Shown here one piece after another: positions 11,155-19,048 of a stretch of DNA of 64,000 bases. How positions within the stretch are numbered: position 1 is the first letter of the stretch; every line of letters begins with the position of its first letter. The notes under the pieces are model-generated. The model saw nothing but the letters and a program-made list of their open reading frames with translations, was not told the DNA's origin and did not search any database. The position numbers were made by a program, and so were the translations under genes. Origin of the DNA: Desulfatiglandales bacterium (GTDB taxonomy: Bacteria; Desulfobacterota; DSM-4660; Desulfatiglandales; Desulfatiglandaceae); NCBI GenBank assembly GCA_963662465.1, contig OY759599.1, forward strand, positions 2,144,001 through 2,208,000, written 5' to 3'.

Positions 11155-13362
11155 TTAGGAATGCCTTGACTTCAGAAGTCGTTTGATCCGTGCCAGCAGC
11201 CTGGCCTTGTGAATCGGTTTCTGAATCCAGTCATCGGCTCCCACATTAAGCGCCTTGATCTCCGTCGCCTCGGTATCCGTTGAAGTCAGCATGATAATGG
11301 GGATGACGCTCAGATGAGAATGGTTTTTGAGCTTCTCGATGAATTCAAGGCCGTTCATTTCAGGCATGTTGTAATCCACCACAATCAAATCCGGGGGATT
11401 TTCAAATATCTTGTTTAGAGCATCTTTCCCATTCACAGCGGAAATCACTTCATAGTATTCGGATTTCAGTATCCTCCCCGCATACCGCCTGATGGCTTCA
11501 TCATCATCCACAATCATGATTTTGTCGCGCCTGATGGCTGAGACATCGGACCGGCGCTCTGATGCCGCACTTCCGTCCTGCTCGGAAGAGACGTTTTGGG
11601 GACCGGGCGTTTGTTTAAGCTCGGTTTTGTTCTCATGCCTGGACGGCAGTGAACCTATGGGAGAGGTATCCGAGGGAGGCGCTGTTCTCATGAGTTCTTC
11701 AAGGGTCGTGATGCCTTGACAGGCCTTTTCGAATCCATCTTCCGTCATGGATGTCATGCCGGCCCGGCGGGCCGCCTGAAGAATCTCCCTGTCAGCGGCC
11801 CCTTCGCTGATCAGAGCGCTGATTTCATCCTTGACCACCAGCAATTCATAGATGCCGAGCCTCCCCTTGTATCCGGTCCCCTGACACCCCACGCACCCTT
11901 TCCCCTTCTTGAACTCATGAAAAGGGCTGCCCCCAAACCGGGAAATCAATGTGGAGTTTACCTCCGTGACGGCGCAGCAGGCGTCATGTATTTTGCGCAC
12001 CAGCCGTTGCGCAACCACACCTTTGAGACTGGCAGCGATCACATAGGGCTCAATGCCGATGTCTTTAAGGCGGATAACGGCCCCCACCGCGTCATTGGTA
12101 TGCAGGGTGCTTAACACCAGGTGCCCCGTCTGGGCGGCCTGAAGGGCGATGGCGGCGGTTTCCAGATCCCGGATCTCTCCGATCATGACCACATTGGGGT
12201 CCTGGCGAAGCAAGGATCGCAGACCTTTTGCAAAGGTCAGCCCTCTCGCCGGGTTCACCTGGACCTGGTTGATCCCGTGAATGGCATATTCGATGGGGTC
12301 TTCAATGGTGACAATATTGATTTCCGGCGATAAAAGACGCTTTAACACCGCATAAAGGGTGGTGGTCTTCCCGCTTCCCGTGGGACCCGTCACGAGAATC
12401 AACCCCTGGGGAATGGACAACAACCGCTCAAATTCCGCCAGATCTCTCTCCCGCATGCCAAGTCCTGAAAGCGCCATGGCGTCCTGGCTTTCGAGTATCC
12501 GTATGACGATCTTTTCCCCATAGAATGTGGGCAGAAGTGATATGCGAAGATCGTAAACATTTTCGCCGATCCTCACCCGTGAACTGCCGTCCTGGGGTTT
12601 TGCCCGAATGGTGATGTCCAGGTTGGCCATGATCTTGATCCGTGAGATCACCGCGGCCTGGGCACTTTTGTCGAACGTCATAATATCCCGCAGCATGCCG
12701 TCGATGCGATACCGCACCGCCACATCCTCTTCCTGCGGCTCGATGTGGATATCGCTGGCCCTTTTCCTGACGGCATTTAAAATAATCCCGTTGGTCAACT
12801 GACGGATGACCCCGCCCTTGGCGGCCTTTTCCAGCTTTTCAGGATTGATATCTCCGGGATCCCGGATCTCCTCGATAACATTGATGAGATCGACCTGGTA
12901 TTCCCCCGTTTCAATTTCATCCATATAATCTTCATCGGGAGGGTAGGAACGGACCAGAACATCCAGGATATCCTGTTCCAAAGCTACGGCCACGCGAATG
13001 CGATGCCCGGAAACAAAGCCCACCTCGTCCATGGCTTCGTAGTCGATGGGGTTGTTCATGGCAACGACAAGCCGGCGGTCTTTCAGCAGAAGGGGAACTA
13101 ATCGTCTTTTATAACAGAGTTTTGCCGGGAGGAGACTGAGTGCCTTCGGATCGGCTTTCTTATTTTTCAGGGTGATCATGGGGATGCCGAGCTGTTTGGA
13201 GAGGGTCTGACAGATATCCAGCTCCGATGCCCACCCCATTTCAATAAAAACTTTCCCGATGCGTTTCCCCGTCCGGTGCGCGATCTTCAAGGCCTTCTGA
13301 ATCTGGTCCTCACTGATCAATCCGGCTTCTTGAAGTATCTCGCCAAGCTTTTTGCGTTTCAT
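11155..13362 (-). CDS. PilB/GspE-family secretion ATPase with N-terminal MshEN-like domain and C-terminal receiver domain
   Basis: KLGEILQEAGLI...RIGKVF, ASDIHIEP, GPTGSGKTTT, LRQDPNVVMIGEIRD, STLHTNDA; C-terminal IMIVDDD...VDYNMPEMNG...KP. Confidence 0.92.
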   Translation of the reverse strand: MKRKKLGEILQEAGLISEDQIQKALKIAHRTGKRIGKVFIEMGWASELDICQTLSKQLGIPMITLKNKKADPKALSLLPAKLCYKRRLVPLLLKDRRLVVAMNNPIDYEAMDEVGFVSGHRIRVAVALEQDILDVLVRSYPPDEDYMDEIETGEYQVDLINVIEEIRDPGDINPEKLEKAAKGGVIRQLTNGIILNAVRKRASDIHIEPQEEDVAVRYRIDGMLRDIMTFDKSAQAAVISRIKIMANLDITIRAKPQDGSSRVRIGENVYDLRISLLPTFYGEKIVIRILESQDAMALSGLGMRERDLAEFERLLSIPQGLILVTGPTGSGKTTTLYAVLKRLLSPEINIVTIEDPIEYAIHGINQVQVNPARGLTFAKGLRSLLRQDPNVVMIGEIRDLETAAIALQAAQTGHLVLSTLHTNDAVGAVIRLKDIGIEPYVIAASLKGVVAQRLVRKIHDACCAVTEVNSTLISRFGGSPFHEFKKGKGCVGCQGTGYKGRLGIYELLVVKDEISALISEGAADREILQAARRAGMTSMTEDGFEKACQGITTLEELMRTAPPSDTSPIGSLPSRHENKTELKQTPGPQNVSSEQDGSAASERRSDVSAIRRDKIMIVDDDEAIRRYAGRILKSEYYEVISAVNGKDALNKIFENPPDLIVVDYNMPEMNGLEFIEKLKNHSHLSVIPIIMLTSTDTEATEIKALNVGADDWIQKPIHKARLLARIKRLLKSRHS

Positions 13363-13382
13363 AATAAACTCGTAGACGGCAG

Positions 13383-13688
13383 CTAATCGTAAACCACCTC
13401 TACAGCCCCAATATATTTTAGAAGATCCTTTAATGTTTTTCCGATTTCATCCAGATCCCTTTCTTTCGCCGCCTGTTCAAGGGATTTTCCCATTTCCGAA
13501 ACCGCATCGAACCCGAAGGCCTCTCCGCTTCCTTTCATGCGGTGCCCTGCATCCTCTATGGTTTCAAAGTCTTTATCTCCCATGGCCTTTTCGATGGCTT
13601 CCGTATATTCCTTTACCTGTCCCAAATACCAGGGAATTTCATCAGCAATATCGGGGTCTGCATAGACCACGAGTCTTTCTTCTTCCAT
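13383..13688 (-). CDS. Stand-alone Hpt phosphotransfer protein
   Basis: GHRMKGSGEAFGF Hpt motif; GGAGG RBS. Confidence 0.9.
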   Translation of the reverse strand: MEEERLVVYADPDIADEIPWYLGQVKEYTEAIEKAMGDKDFETIEDAGHRMKGSGEAFGFDAVSEMGKSLEQAAKERDLDEIGKTLKDLLKYIGAVEVVYD

Positions 13689-13714
13689 CGAATTTACCTC
13701 CTATCGGTTACAGA

Positions 13715-13800
13715 ATCCCCGGACATCCCGAATAACCGTCCATCACCGGCATCCGCAGTCCATCAATATGAGGTCATATTTCCCCAACACAAATTTGTCA
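13715..13800 (-). pseudogene. Frameshifted receiver-domain fragment
   Basis: Minus strand reads KFVLGKYDLILMD then, after a frameshift, RMPVMDGYS. Confidence 0.6.
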
Positions 13801-14223
13801 ACGCCGATTCTTTCATAGATCTCTTTTCGCTGACGCCGAACCTCCCTACCCATAAGTTGACCTTATTGATATCATAAATATTTTCACTTTGACATATAGC
13901 CTTTGACCGGCATATACCCTTATTCAATTGGCCGGTTCAACGTCAGCATGTTCCGGTATTTATAAATAGAGATTATTTTCATTACAACATAACTTCCCAA
14001 GCACTTCTTTTTCAAGATTTGATGGGTAAAAAATACATTCATGAACAATAATGATAACGAAAAAGACGTCTTTTCCCGGTTATTTCCGTTTCCCATTTTT
14101 TAAGTTTAATATCCCGCTTCTCTTCATCGGGATTCATAAAGTGTTTTGAATATTTTTTCAACTGCTGCCGACGGTGCTTGCCGTCTATTGTCAACAATCT
14201 CACAAAACAAGGAGGGATAGGGA

Positions 14224-14871
14224 ATGTCACTGCTTTTTACACAACATTGGGACATGATCAGGGGTAAGGAAGCTGCCTATGAGGAGTACGTCGCTAAAAA
14301 ATTTATTCCGGGATGCGAAGCTCTCGGCCTGAAAGCGGTCGGAGGTTATTACGTACAGGTGGGCCAGGGCCCCAGGATCATTTCCGTCAAGGCGGTTGAA
14401 ACCCTGGAGGAATTCTGCGCCGTACTGGGGAACCCGGAATTCAAGGCGCTGGCCGATGGGTTGAAGGAAGTGGTGAAAAATTATCACAGGACCCTTCTTT
14501 CTCCCACGGGAAGGGTAAAGTCGGAAGATTATAAAATCCAAAAGGGGGTCTGGAAATTCAACCAGTACTATGATCTTCTTCCCGGCGTGCGACAGGGATA
14601 CGCCGATTTCGTGATCAACGAATACATTCCCAACCTGAGCCAACTGGATTATGTGGAAATTACCGGCGGCTGGAACGTTCTGATGGGAGGTATCTGCGAA
14701 ATCATTTCGGAATTTACCTTCAAACATCCCGTGGATATCGGTCAACTGCTGGACAGCGAACAGTTCAGGGAACTCACCTTCAAACTGCGCAGGGATTTCG
14801 CCACCAATTACAAGAGTCGCATTATGCGGACGACGGAACATTTTGATGAACCCAGGTGGTTCAGGCTTTAG
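14224..14871 (+). CDS. Hypothetical protein with two tandem NIPSNAP-like (dimeric alpha/beta barrel) repeats
   Basis: Internal duplication: FTQHWDMIRGKEAAY..FIP..GGYYV versus FNQYYDLLPGVRQGY..YIP..GGWNV. Has an RBS and leads the dikinase operon. Confidence 0.65.
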   Translation: MSLLFTQHWDMIRGKEAAYEEYVAKKFIPGCEALGLKAVGGYYVQVGQGPRIISVKAVETLEEFCAVLGNPEFKALADGLKEVVKNYHRTLLSPTGRVKSEDYKIQKGVWKFNQYYDLLPGVRQGYADFVINEYIPNLSQLDYVEITGGWNVLMGGICEIISEFTFKHPVDIGQLLDSEQFRELTFKLRRDFATNYKSRIMRTTEHFDEPRWFRL

Positions 14872-14945
14872 AGCACTTTCTTATATGTGATGGTTTAATG
14901 AGGTCAACGCGGAAGCACAATAACCATTTAATCAAGGAGGCAGCA

Positions 14946-16784
14946 ATGGCAAAATTTTTAGATCCCCATGATGTTCCTGAAATTCCCGGTACCGAAGGCT
15001 GGGAAAGGATGTATCCCTACCACTATCAGTTTACCACCGATGATCCGGCACGCGCTGAAATGGAAAGCAAACAACTCTGGTATTATGATGGTCTTCACTA
15101 TCCCGAACCCCACTATCCCTTTGACCTCATCTGGGATGAAGCCTGGTTTCTGGCCCTTTCCCAGAATAACACGAGAACCTTCCTGGTGCCGCCGGCCAAC
15201 GGCATCGATCACCGCATCGTCAATGGACGGGTGTACATCACCCCCATCGGAATCGAGAACCCGGAAGAAATCGGAGCGCGCATCCCCGTCTTTTCAAAAC
15301 GGGCCGGTTATTATTATGAAAACTGGGACAGCCTTTATGAAAACTGGAAAGTCAAGGTCAACCAGCTCATCAAAGAACTGGAGGCCGTGGAATTCAAACC
15401 CCTCCCCGAAGTGGAGGACGAGTCCGTTGTTTTCGGGAACACGGGCATCGGCAGCGGCTACCATCTCCTGACCCAGTATGACGAACTGATCCACATGGGC
15501 CTCAAGGTCTGGCAATACCATTTCGAATTCCTGAACCTGGGCTATGCGGCTTACGTCACCTTTATCAACACCGCCAATGCCATCTTTCCCGGAATCCCCA
15601 TTTCCACCCTCACCAAAATGGTATCGGGCATCGATGTGGTCATGTACCGACCCGACGCGGAACTGATTCGGCTGGCGAAGCTGGCCATTGAAAATAAAGT
15701 TCAAGACATCATTTTGAAACCGGGATCAGCCGCACAAGTCATGGCGGAACTTGACAACGGCCCCGAAGGCAAACATTGGCTGGCGGAACTGGAAAAAGCC
15801 CGCTACCCCTGGTTCAATGTCTCCACGGGCACCGGCTGGTATCACCATCACATCTCCTGGAACGACGACCTGGACATCCCCTTTGAAGCACTGCGGATGC
15901 ACATCCAATCCATCCAGGCGGGCAAAAAGGTGGGTCGACCCACGGAAAAACTCATTGAAGAACGGGAAAGAATCATCGCGGAATACAGGGATCTCATCGA
16001 AACCGATGAGGATCGGGAATCCTTCGACCAGACCCTGGCCATCTCCCAGCGAGTATTTCCTTACGTGGAAGATCACCTGTTTTACGTAGAACACTGGTTT
16101 CACACCGTGTTCTGGAACAAGATGCGACAGGTGGGCAATATCCTGACGGAAGCCAAATTTATTGAGGACATCGAGGATATCTGGTACCTGAAACGCGGCG
16201 AGATCCGGGATGCCCTTTGGGATTACGTCACCGCCTGGGCCACCGGCACCATTGCACGAGGACCTTCCTACTGGCCCAAGGAGATCGAGTGGCGGAAAGG
16301 CGTCATGAAAAAATTCCAGGAATGGACTCCGCCGCCAGCCCTGGGCACGCCGCCCGATGTGGTGACGGAACCCTTCAGCATCGTCTTGTGGGGCGTTACC
16401 ACGGATGTGTTGAAAAACTGGCTCAAAGGCGTGGAATCGGCTTCCGGCGCAGGCTCGGATGAACTGATGGGGGCGCCGGGATCCTCGGGCATCGTGGAAG
16501 GAAAAGCCCGCGTCATCAAGGACGTGAAAGAACTGGGTCTCCTTCAGGAAGGGGAAATTCTGGTGGCCACCACCACCTCGCCCAGCTGGGCGCCGGCCTT
16601 TACCAAGATCGGGGGTGCTGTCACGGACGTGGGCGGCGCCATGTGCCATGCCGCCATCGTCTGTCGTGAATACGGTCTACCCACGGTAGTGGGAACCGGC
16701 AGCGGCACCGCTGTTATCAAGACGGGTGATCTCATTCGAATTGACGGGGATGAGGGAAGCGTTCGGATTTTGAAACGGGCCTAA
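14946..16784 (+). CDS. Phenylphosphate synthase subunit A-like protein (substrate domain plus His swivel domain)
   Basis: AAGGAGG RBS before ATG 14946; GTEGWERMYPY, WYYDGLHYPEP, HFEFLNLGYAAY; C-terminal GGAMCHAAIVCREYGLP phospho-His motif; no ATP-grasp domain. Confidence 0.8.
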   Translation: MAKFLDPHDVPEIPGTEGWERMYPYHYQFTTDDPARAEMESKQLWYYDGLHYPEPHYPFDLIWDEAWFLALSQNNTRTFLVPPANGIDHRIVNGRVYITPIGIENPEEIGARIPVFSKRAGYYYENWDSLYENWKVKVNQLIKELEAVEFKPLPEVEDESVVFGNTGIGSGYHLLTQYDELIHMGLKVWQYHFEFLNLGYAAYVTFINTANAIFPGIPISTLTKMVSGIDVVMYRPDAELIRLAKLAIENKVQDIILKPGSAAQVMAELDNGPEGKHWLAELEKARYPWFNVSTGTGWYHHHISWNDDLDIPFEALRMHIQSIQAGKKVGRPTEKLIEERERIIAEYRDLIETDEDRESFDQTLAISQRVFPYVEDHLFYVEHWFHTVFWNKMRQVGNILTEAKFIEDIEDIWYLKRGEIRDALWDYVTAWATGTIARGPSYWPKEIEWRKGVMKKFQEWTPPPALGTPPDVVTEPFSIVLWGVTTDVLKNWLKGVESASGAGSDELMGAPGSSGIVEGKARVIKDVKELGLLQEGEILVATTTSPSWAPAFTKIGGAVTDVGGAMCHAAIVCREYGLPTVVGTGSGTAVIKTGDLIRIDGDEGSVRILKRA

Positions 16785-16793
16785 TGACGGCAA

Positions 16794-16837
16794 GGAAGGA
16801 TGCCCCCCGGGAAATGAATTTCAGGCGGCATCCTTCC
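16794..16837. terminator. Intergenic stem-loop
   Basis: GGAAGGATGCC...GGCATCCTTCC perfect 11-bp arms; no clear U-tract. Confidence 0.5.
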
Positions 16838-16872
16838 CGACTCATGCTGCAACCATCCATGAATATTTTGGA

Positions 16873-17952
16873 GTGATTATGGGAGACATAGAAAAAAGTA
16901 AACGACTGACCCTGTGGTACGAAGAGTTAGTGGGAAAGGATTTTGAACTCGTCGGCAAGAAAAATGCCAATCTCGGCGAGATGATGAAAGGAGACATCCG
17001 GGTCAGTCCCGGATTTGCCTTGACCCTTTACGCCAATGACCTTTTCATCACGGAAACGGGCATCAAAAATGAACTGGAAAAGTATATTAACGCCTTAGGT
17101 GAAGTGACCTATGACAAATGCGTGGCCGCCGGCGAATTTTCGGTAAACCTGATTGAGGAAGCCGCGGTTCCAGCCATTATCGTCGATGAAGTGGGCAGTG
17201 AGTATCAAAAACTCTGTGAGATGGCGAACGTCAAAAACGTCCCTGTGGCGGTGCGATCCAGCGGCGCCGTATCCATGCCCGGCCAAATGGAAACCTACCT
17301 GAATATCCGGGGCGAAGAAGACCTCATCAAATACATCAAGAAAACCTGGTCCAGCGCCTATTTTATAGAAGCCATCACCTATCGCATGAACAAGGGAATG
17401 GGGTTTTTGTTGAACATCGGCGTCGGCATTCCGAAGATGGTCAATTCAAGGGCTTCCGGCGTCATTTTCACCCTGAATCCTCTCAACGGCGACCGTTCCA
17501 AAATTTCCGTTGACGTGAGCTATGGCCTGGGAGAGGCCGTGGTAAGCGGCCTGGTGACCCCGGACAGTTATCTGGTGGACAAGATCACCTTTACCGTGGT
17601 CAAACAGAACAAAGGCAGCAAGGAAATCCAATGCGTCTACAACGAAGACGGCAGCGATATTAAAACCACCGAGGTCCCTGAAGAAGACCGCAAAAAATTC
17701 TGTATCCCCAACGAAGAGCTGATGGAAATCTGCAAAATCGCCAAAGCCATCGATAGATACTACGGCAAACCCTACGATATTGAATTCGGCATCGACGCGG
17801 ACCTGCCCTTCCCCGAAAATGTCATTATTCTGCAGGTGCGGCCCGAATCTGTTTGGAACAAGAAAAAAGAGGTAGCCGCCAAAACCGAAGTCAAGAAAAC
17901 CGCCATGGATCGGATCATCAGTCAGTTGGTGACCGGTGTGAAAGTCAGGTAG
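16873..17952 (+). CDS. PEP synthase/PPDK N-terminal ATP-grasp subunit (phenylphosphate synthase subunit B-like)
   Basis: VGKKNANLGEM, VAVRSS, SMPGQMETYLN, GLGEAVVSG, DIEF, LQVRPE. Confidence 0.85.
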   Translation: MIMGDIEKSKRLTLWYEELVGKDFELVGKKNANLGEMMKGDIRVSPGFALTLYANDLFITETGIKNELEKYINALGEVTYDKCVAAGEFSVNLIEEAAVPAIIVDEVGSEYQKLCEMANVKNVPVAVRSSGAVSMPGQMETYLNIRGEEDLIKYIKKTWSSAYFIEAITYRMNKGMGFLLNIGVGIPKMVNSRASGVIFTLNPLNGDRSKISVDVSYGLGEAVVSGLVTPDSYLVDKITFTVVKQNKGSKEIQCVYNEDGSDIKTTEVPEEDRKKFCIPNEELMEICKIAKAIDRYYGKPYDIEFGIDADLPFPENVIILQVRPESVWNKKKEVAAKTEVKKTAMDRIISQLVTGVKVR

Positions 17953-17968
17953 GTAGAACACCCTAATC

Positions 17969-18010
17969 GGTCGGCCGGGCATCCCGCATCCCAGGCGGGC
18001 GCCCGACCCC
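17969..18010 (+). terminator. GC-rich hairpin after the dikinase operon
   Basis: GGTCGG...CCGACC imperfect stem between convergent genes. Confidence 0.4.
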
Positions 18011-18062
18011 CGAACCTTCTGAAGGCCATCAATCTGAAGCTACATTTCTATTCATAAAATCG

Positions 18063-18350
18063 TTAAAATAGTCTTCGTTTTAGTTTATCATAAAAAGTTT
18101 CACGGGTGCCAGTCATGACGACAACAATTAATTCGTCCTTTTCAAAAACTTCATAAATGATTCTGTAAGATGAGCCTTTTAGCGAAAAATGATAGGAACG
18201 CAGTCCCTTAAAACCATAACCCAACTCTTGAGATTGAAAAGGGTTTTCACGGATATTTTTAAAATGAACCGTCTCGATCTCTTTTACAACTTCATGAGAA
18301 AGTTTTTGCATATCTTTTCTGACGGCCCTAACTGTTTTGATTTCAAACAT
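18063..18350 (-). CDS. relE: RelE/ParE-family toxin
   Basis: 95 aa, basic, SYRIIYEV...VVVMTGTRETFY; overlaps the upstream small acidic ORF. Confidence 0.85.
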   Translation of the reverse strand: MFEIKTVRAVRKDMQKLSHEVVKEIETVHFKNIRENPFQSQELGYGFKGLRSYHFSLKGSSYRIIYEVFEKDELIVVVMTGTRETFYDKLKRRLF

Positions 18351-18552
18351 TTAAAATATCTCCGAAAAGTTCATCTTCTGAAATAAGTTTCCCCTTTTTC
18401 ATTTCAAAAATTGCCTGTTTTCTCCTTTTCATTAGTTCATCCGCAAGCTTTTCATCCGCCATTATAGCAAGCGTTTCTTTCTCAGCATCACTGAGATTTC
18501 CAATTGCTTTAAGGATTTGAAATGGTGTTATTATGGAATTTGATATTTGCAT
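18343..18552 (-). CDS. Putative antitoxin of the RelE toxin
   Basis: 69 aa, C-terminal GKLISEDELF typical of RelB-like partners; overlaps the toxin start. Confidence 0.75.
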   Translation of the reverse strand: MQISNSIITPFQILKAIGNLSDAEKETLAIMADEKLADELMKRRKQAIFEMKKGKLISEDELFGDILNV

Positions 18553-18641
18553 TTTAGTTAACCTCGCTTTTAAAGGTTCTTAAGATTTTGTTATTATGAT
18601 GCCATGCACACTGCAAAATAATCAGCGTAATCTAAATGAGG

Positions 18642-18668
18642 GATATCACCCCGTTTAGGTGAGCTCAT
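18642..18668 (-). pseudogene. MazF/PemK toxin stub (first 9 codons)
   Basis: ATG overlaps the antitoxin stop (ATGA) and reads MSSPKRGDI, a typical MazF start, then loses similarity. Confidence 0.55.
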
Positions 18669-18925
18669 TCCCAACCCTCCAAAGCAATTGGCTCCCATTC
18701 TTCATTGACAGAGCAGTCTTCAGGTTCTGCCTCAGAGCATGCTTCGGCTAATTTTATATCTATTGCTATTCGTTTTAGCTCTTTTATGTAAATCTTACAA
18801 GCTCGATCTAAAAAGTCTTCCCTGGTTTTGAAAGGGTTAACCTCGTCTATCTCTTCAAGTAAGCTCTTTTCAAATAATACGGTGGTTTTTACTTTAGGGC
18901 TTCCCGTGCTATAGTGCGGCTTCAT
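18665..18925 (-). CDS. RHH/CopG-type antitoxin, now orphan
   Basis: KTTVLFEKSLLEEID RHH-like start, acidic C-terminus ...EEWEPIALEGWE; AGGAGG RBS. Confidence 0.7.
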   Translation of the reverse strand: MKPHYSTGSPKVKTTVLFEKSLLEEIDEVNPFKTREDFLDRACKIYIKELKRIAIDIKLAEACSEAEPEDCSVNEEWEPIALEGWE

Positions 18926-18962
18926 GGATTAGCCTCCTACCATCCATCTGAAAATGAGTACT

Positions 18963-18990
18963 ATTATACTTCTCATTGACCACCCGTCAA
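18963..18990 (-). promoter_or_regulatory. Sigma70 promoter of the antitoxin/MazF module
   Basis: TTGACG-16 bp-TATAAT on the minus strand, overlapped by an ATGAG...CTCAT inverted repeat. Confidence 0.65.
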
Positions 18991-19048
18991 TATTATTTCC
19001 AACGGGGTTCAATGACCCAAGGGATTTAATCGAAAGGAAACTAATAAT

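Noticed and set aside
14227..17982. Long antisense ORFs (14227..14841, 15726..16649, 17446..17982) and similar ones over the kinases
   Set aside because: Shadow frames of well-supported genes, with no recognisable motifs.
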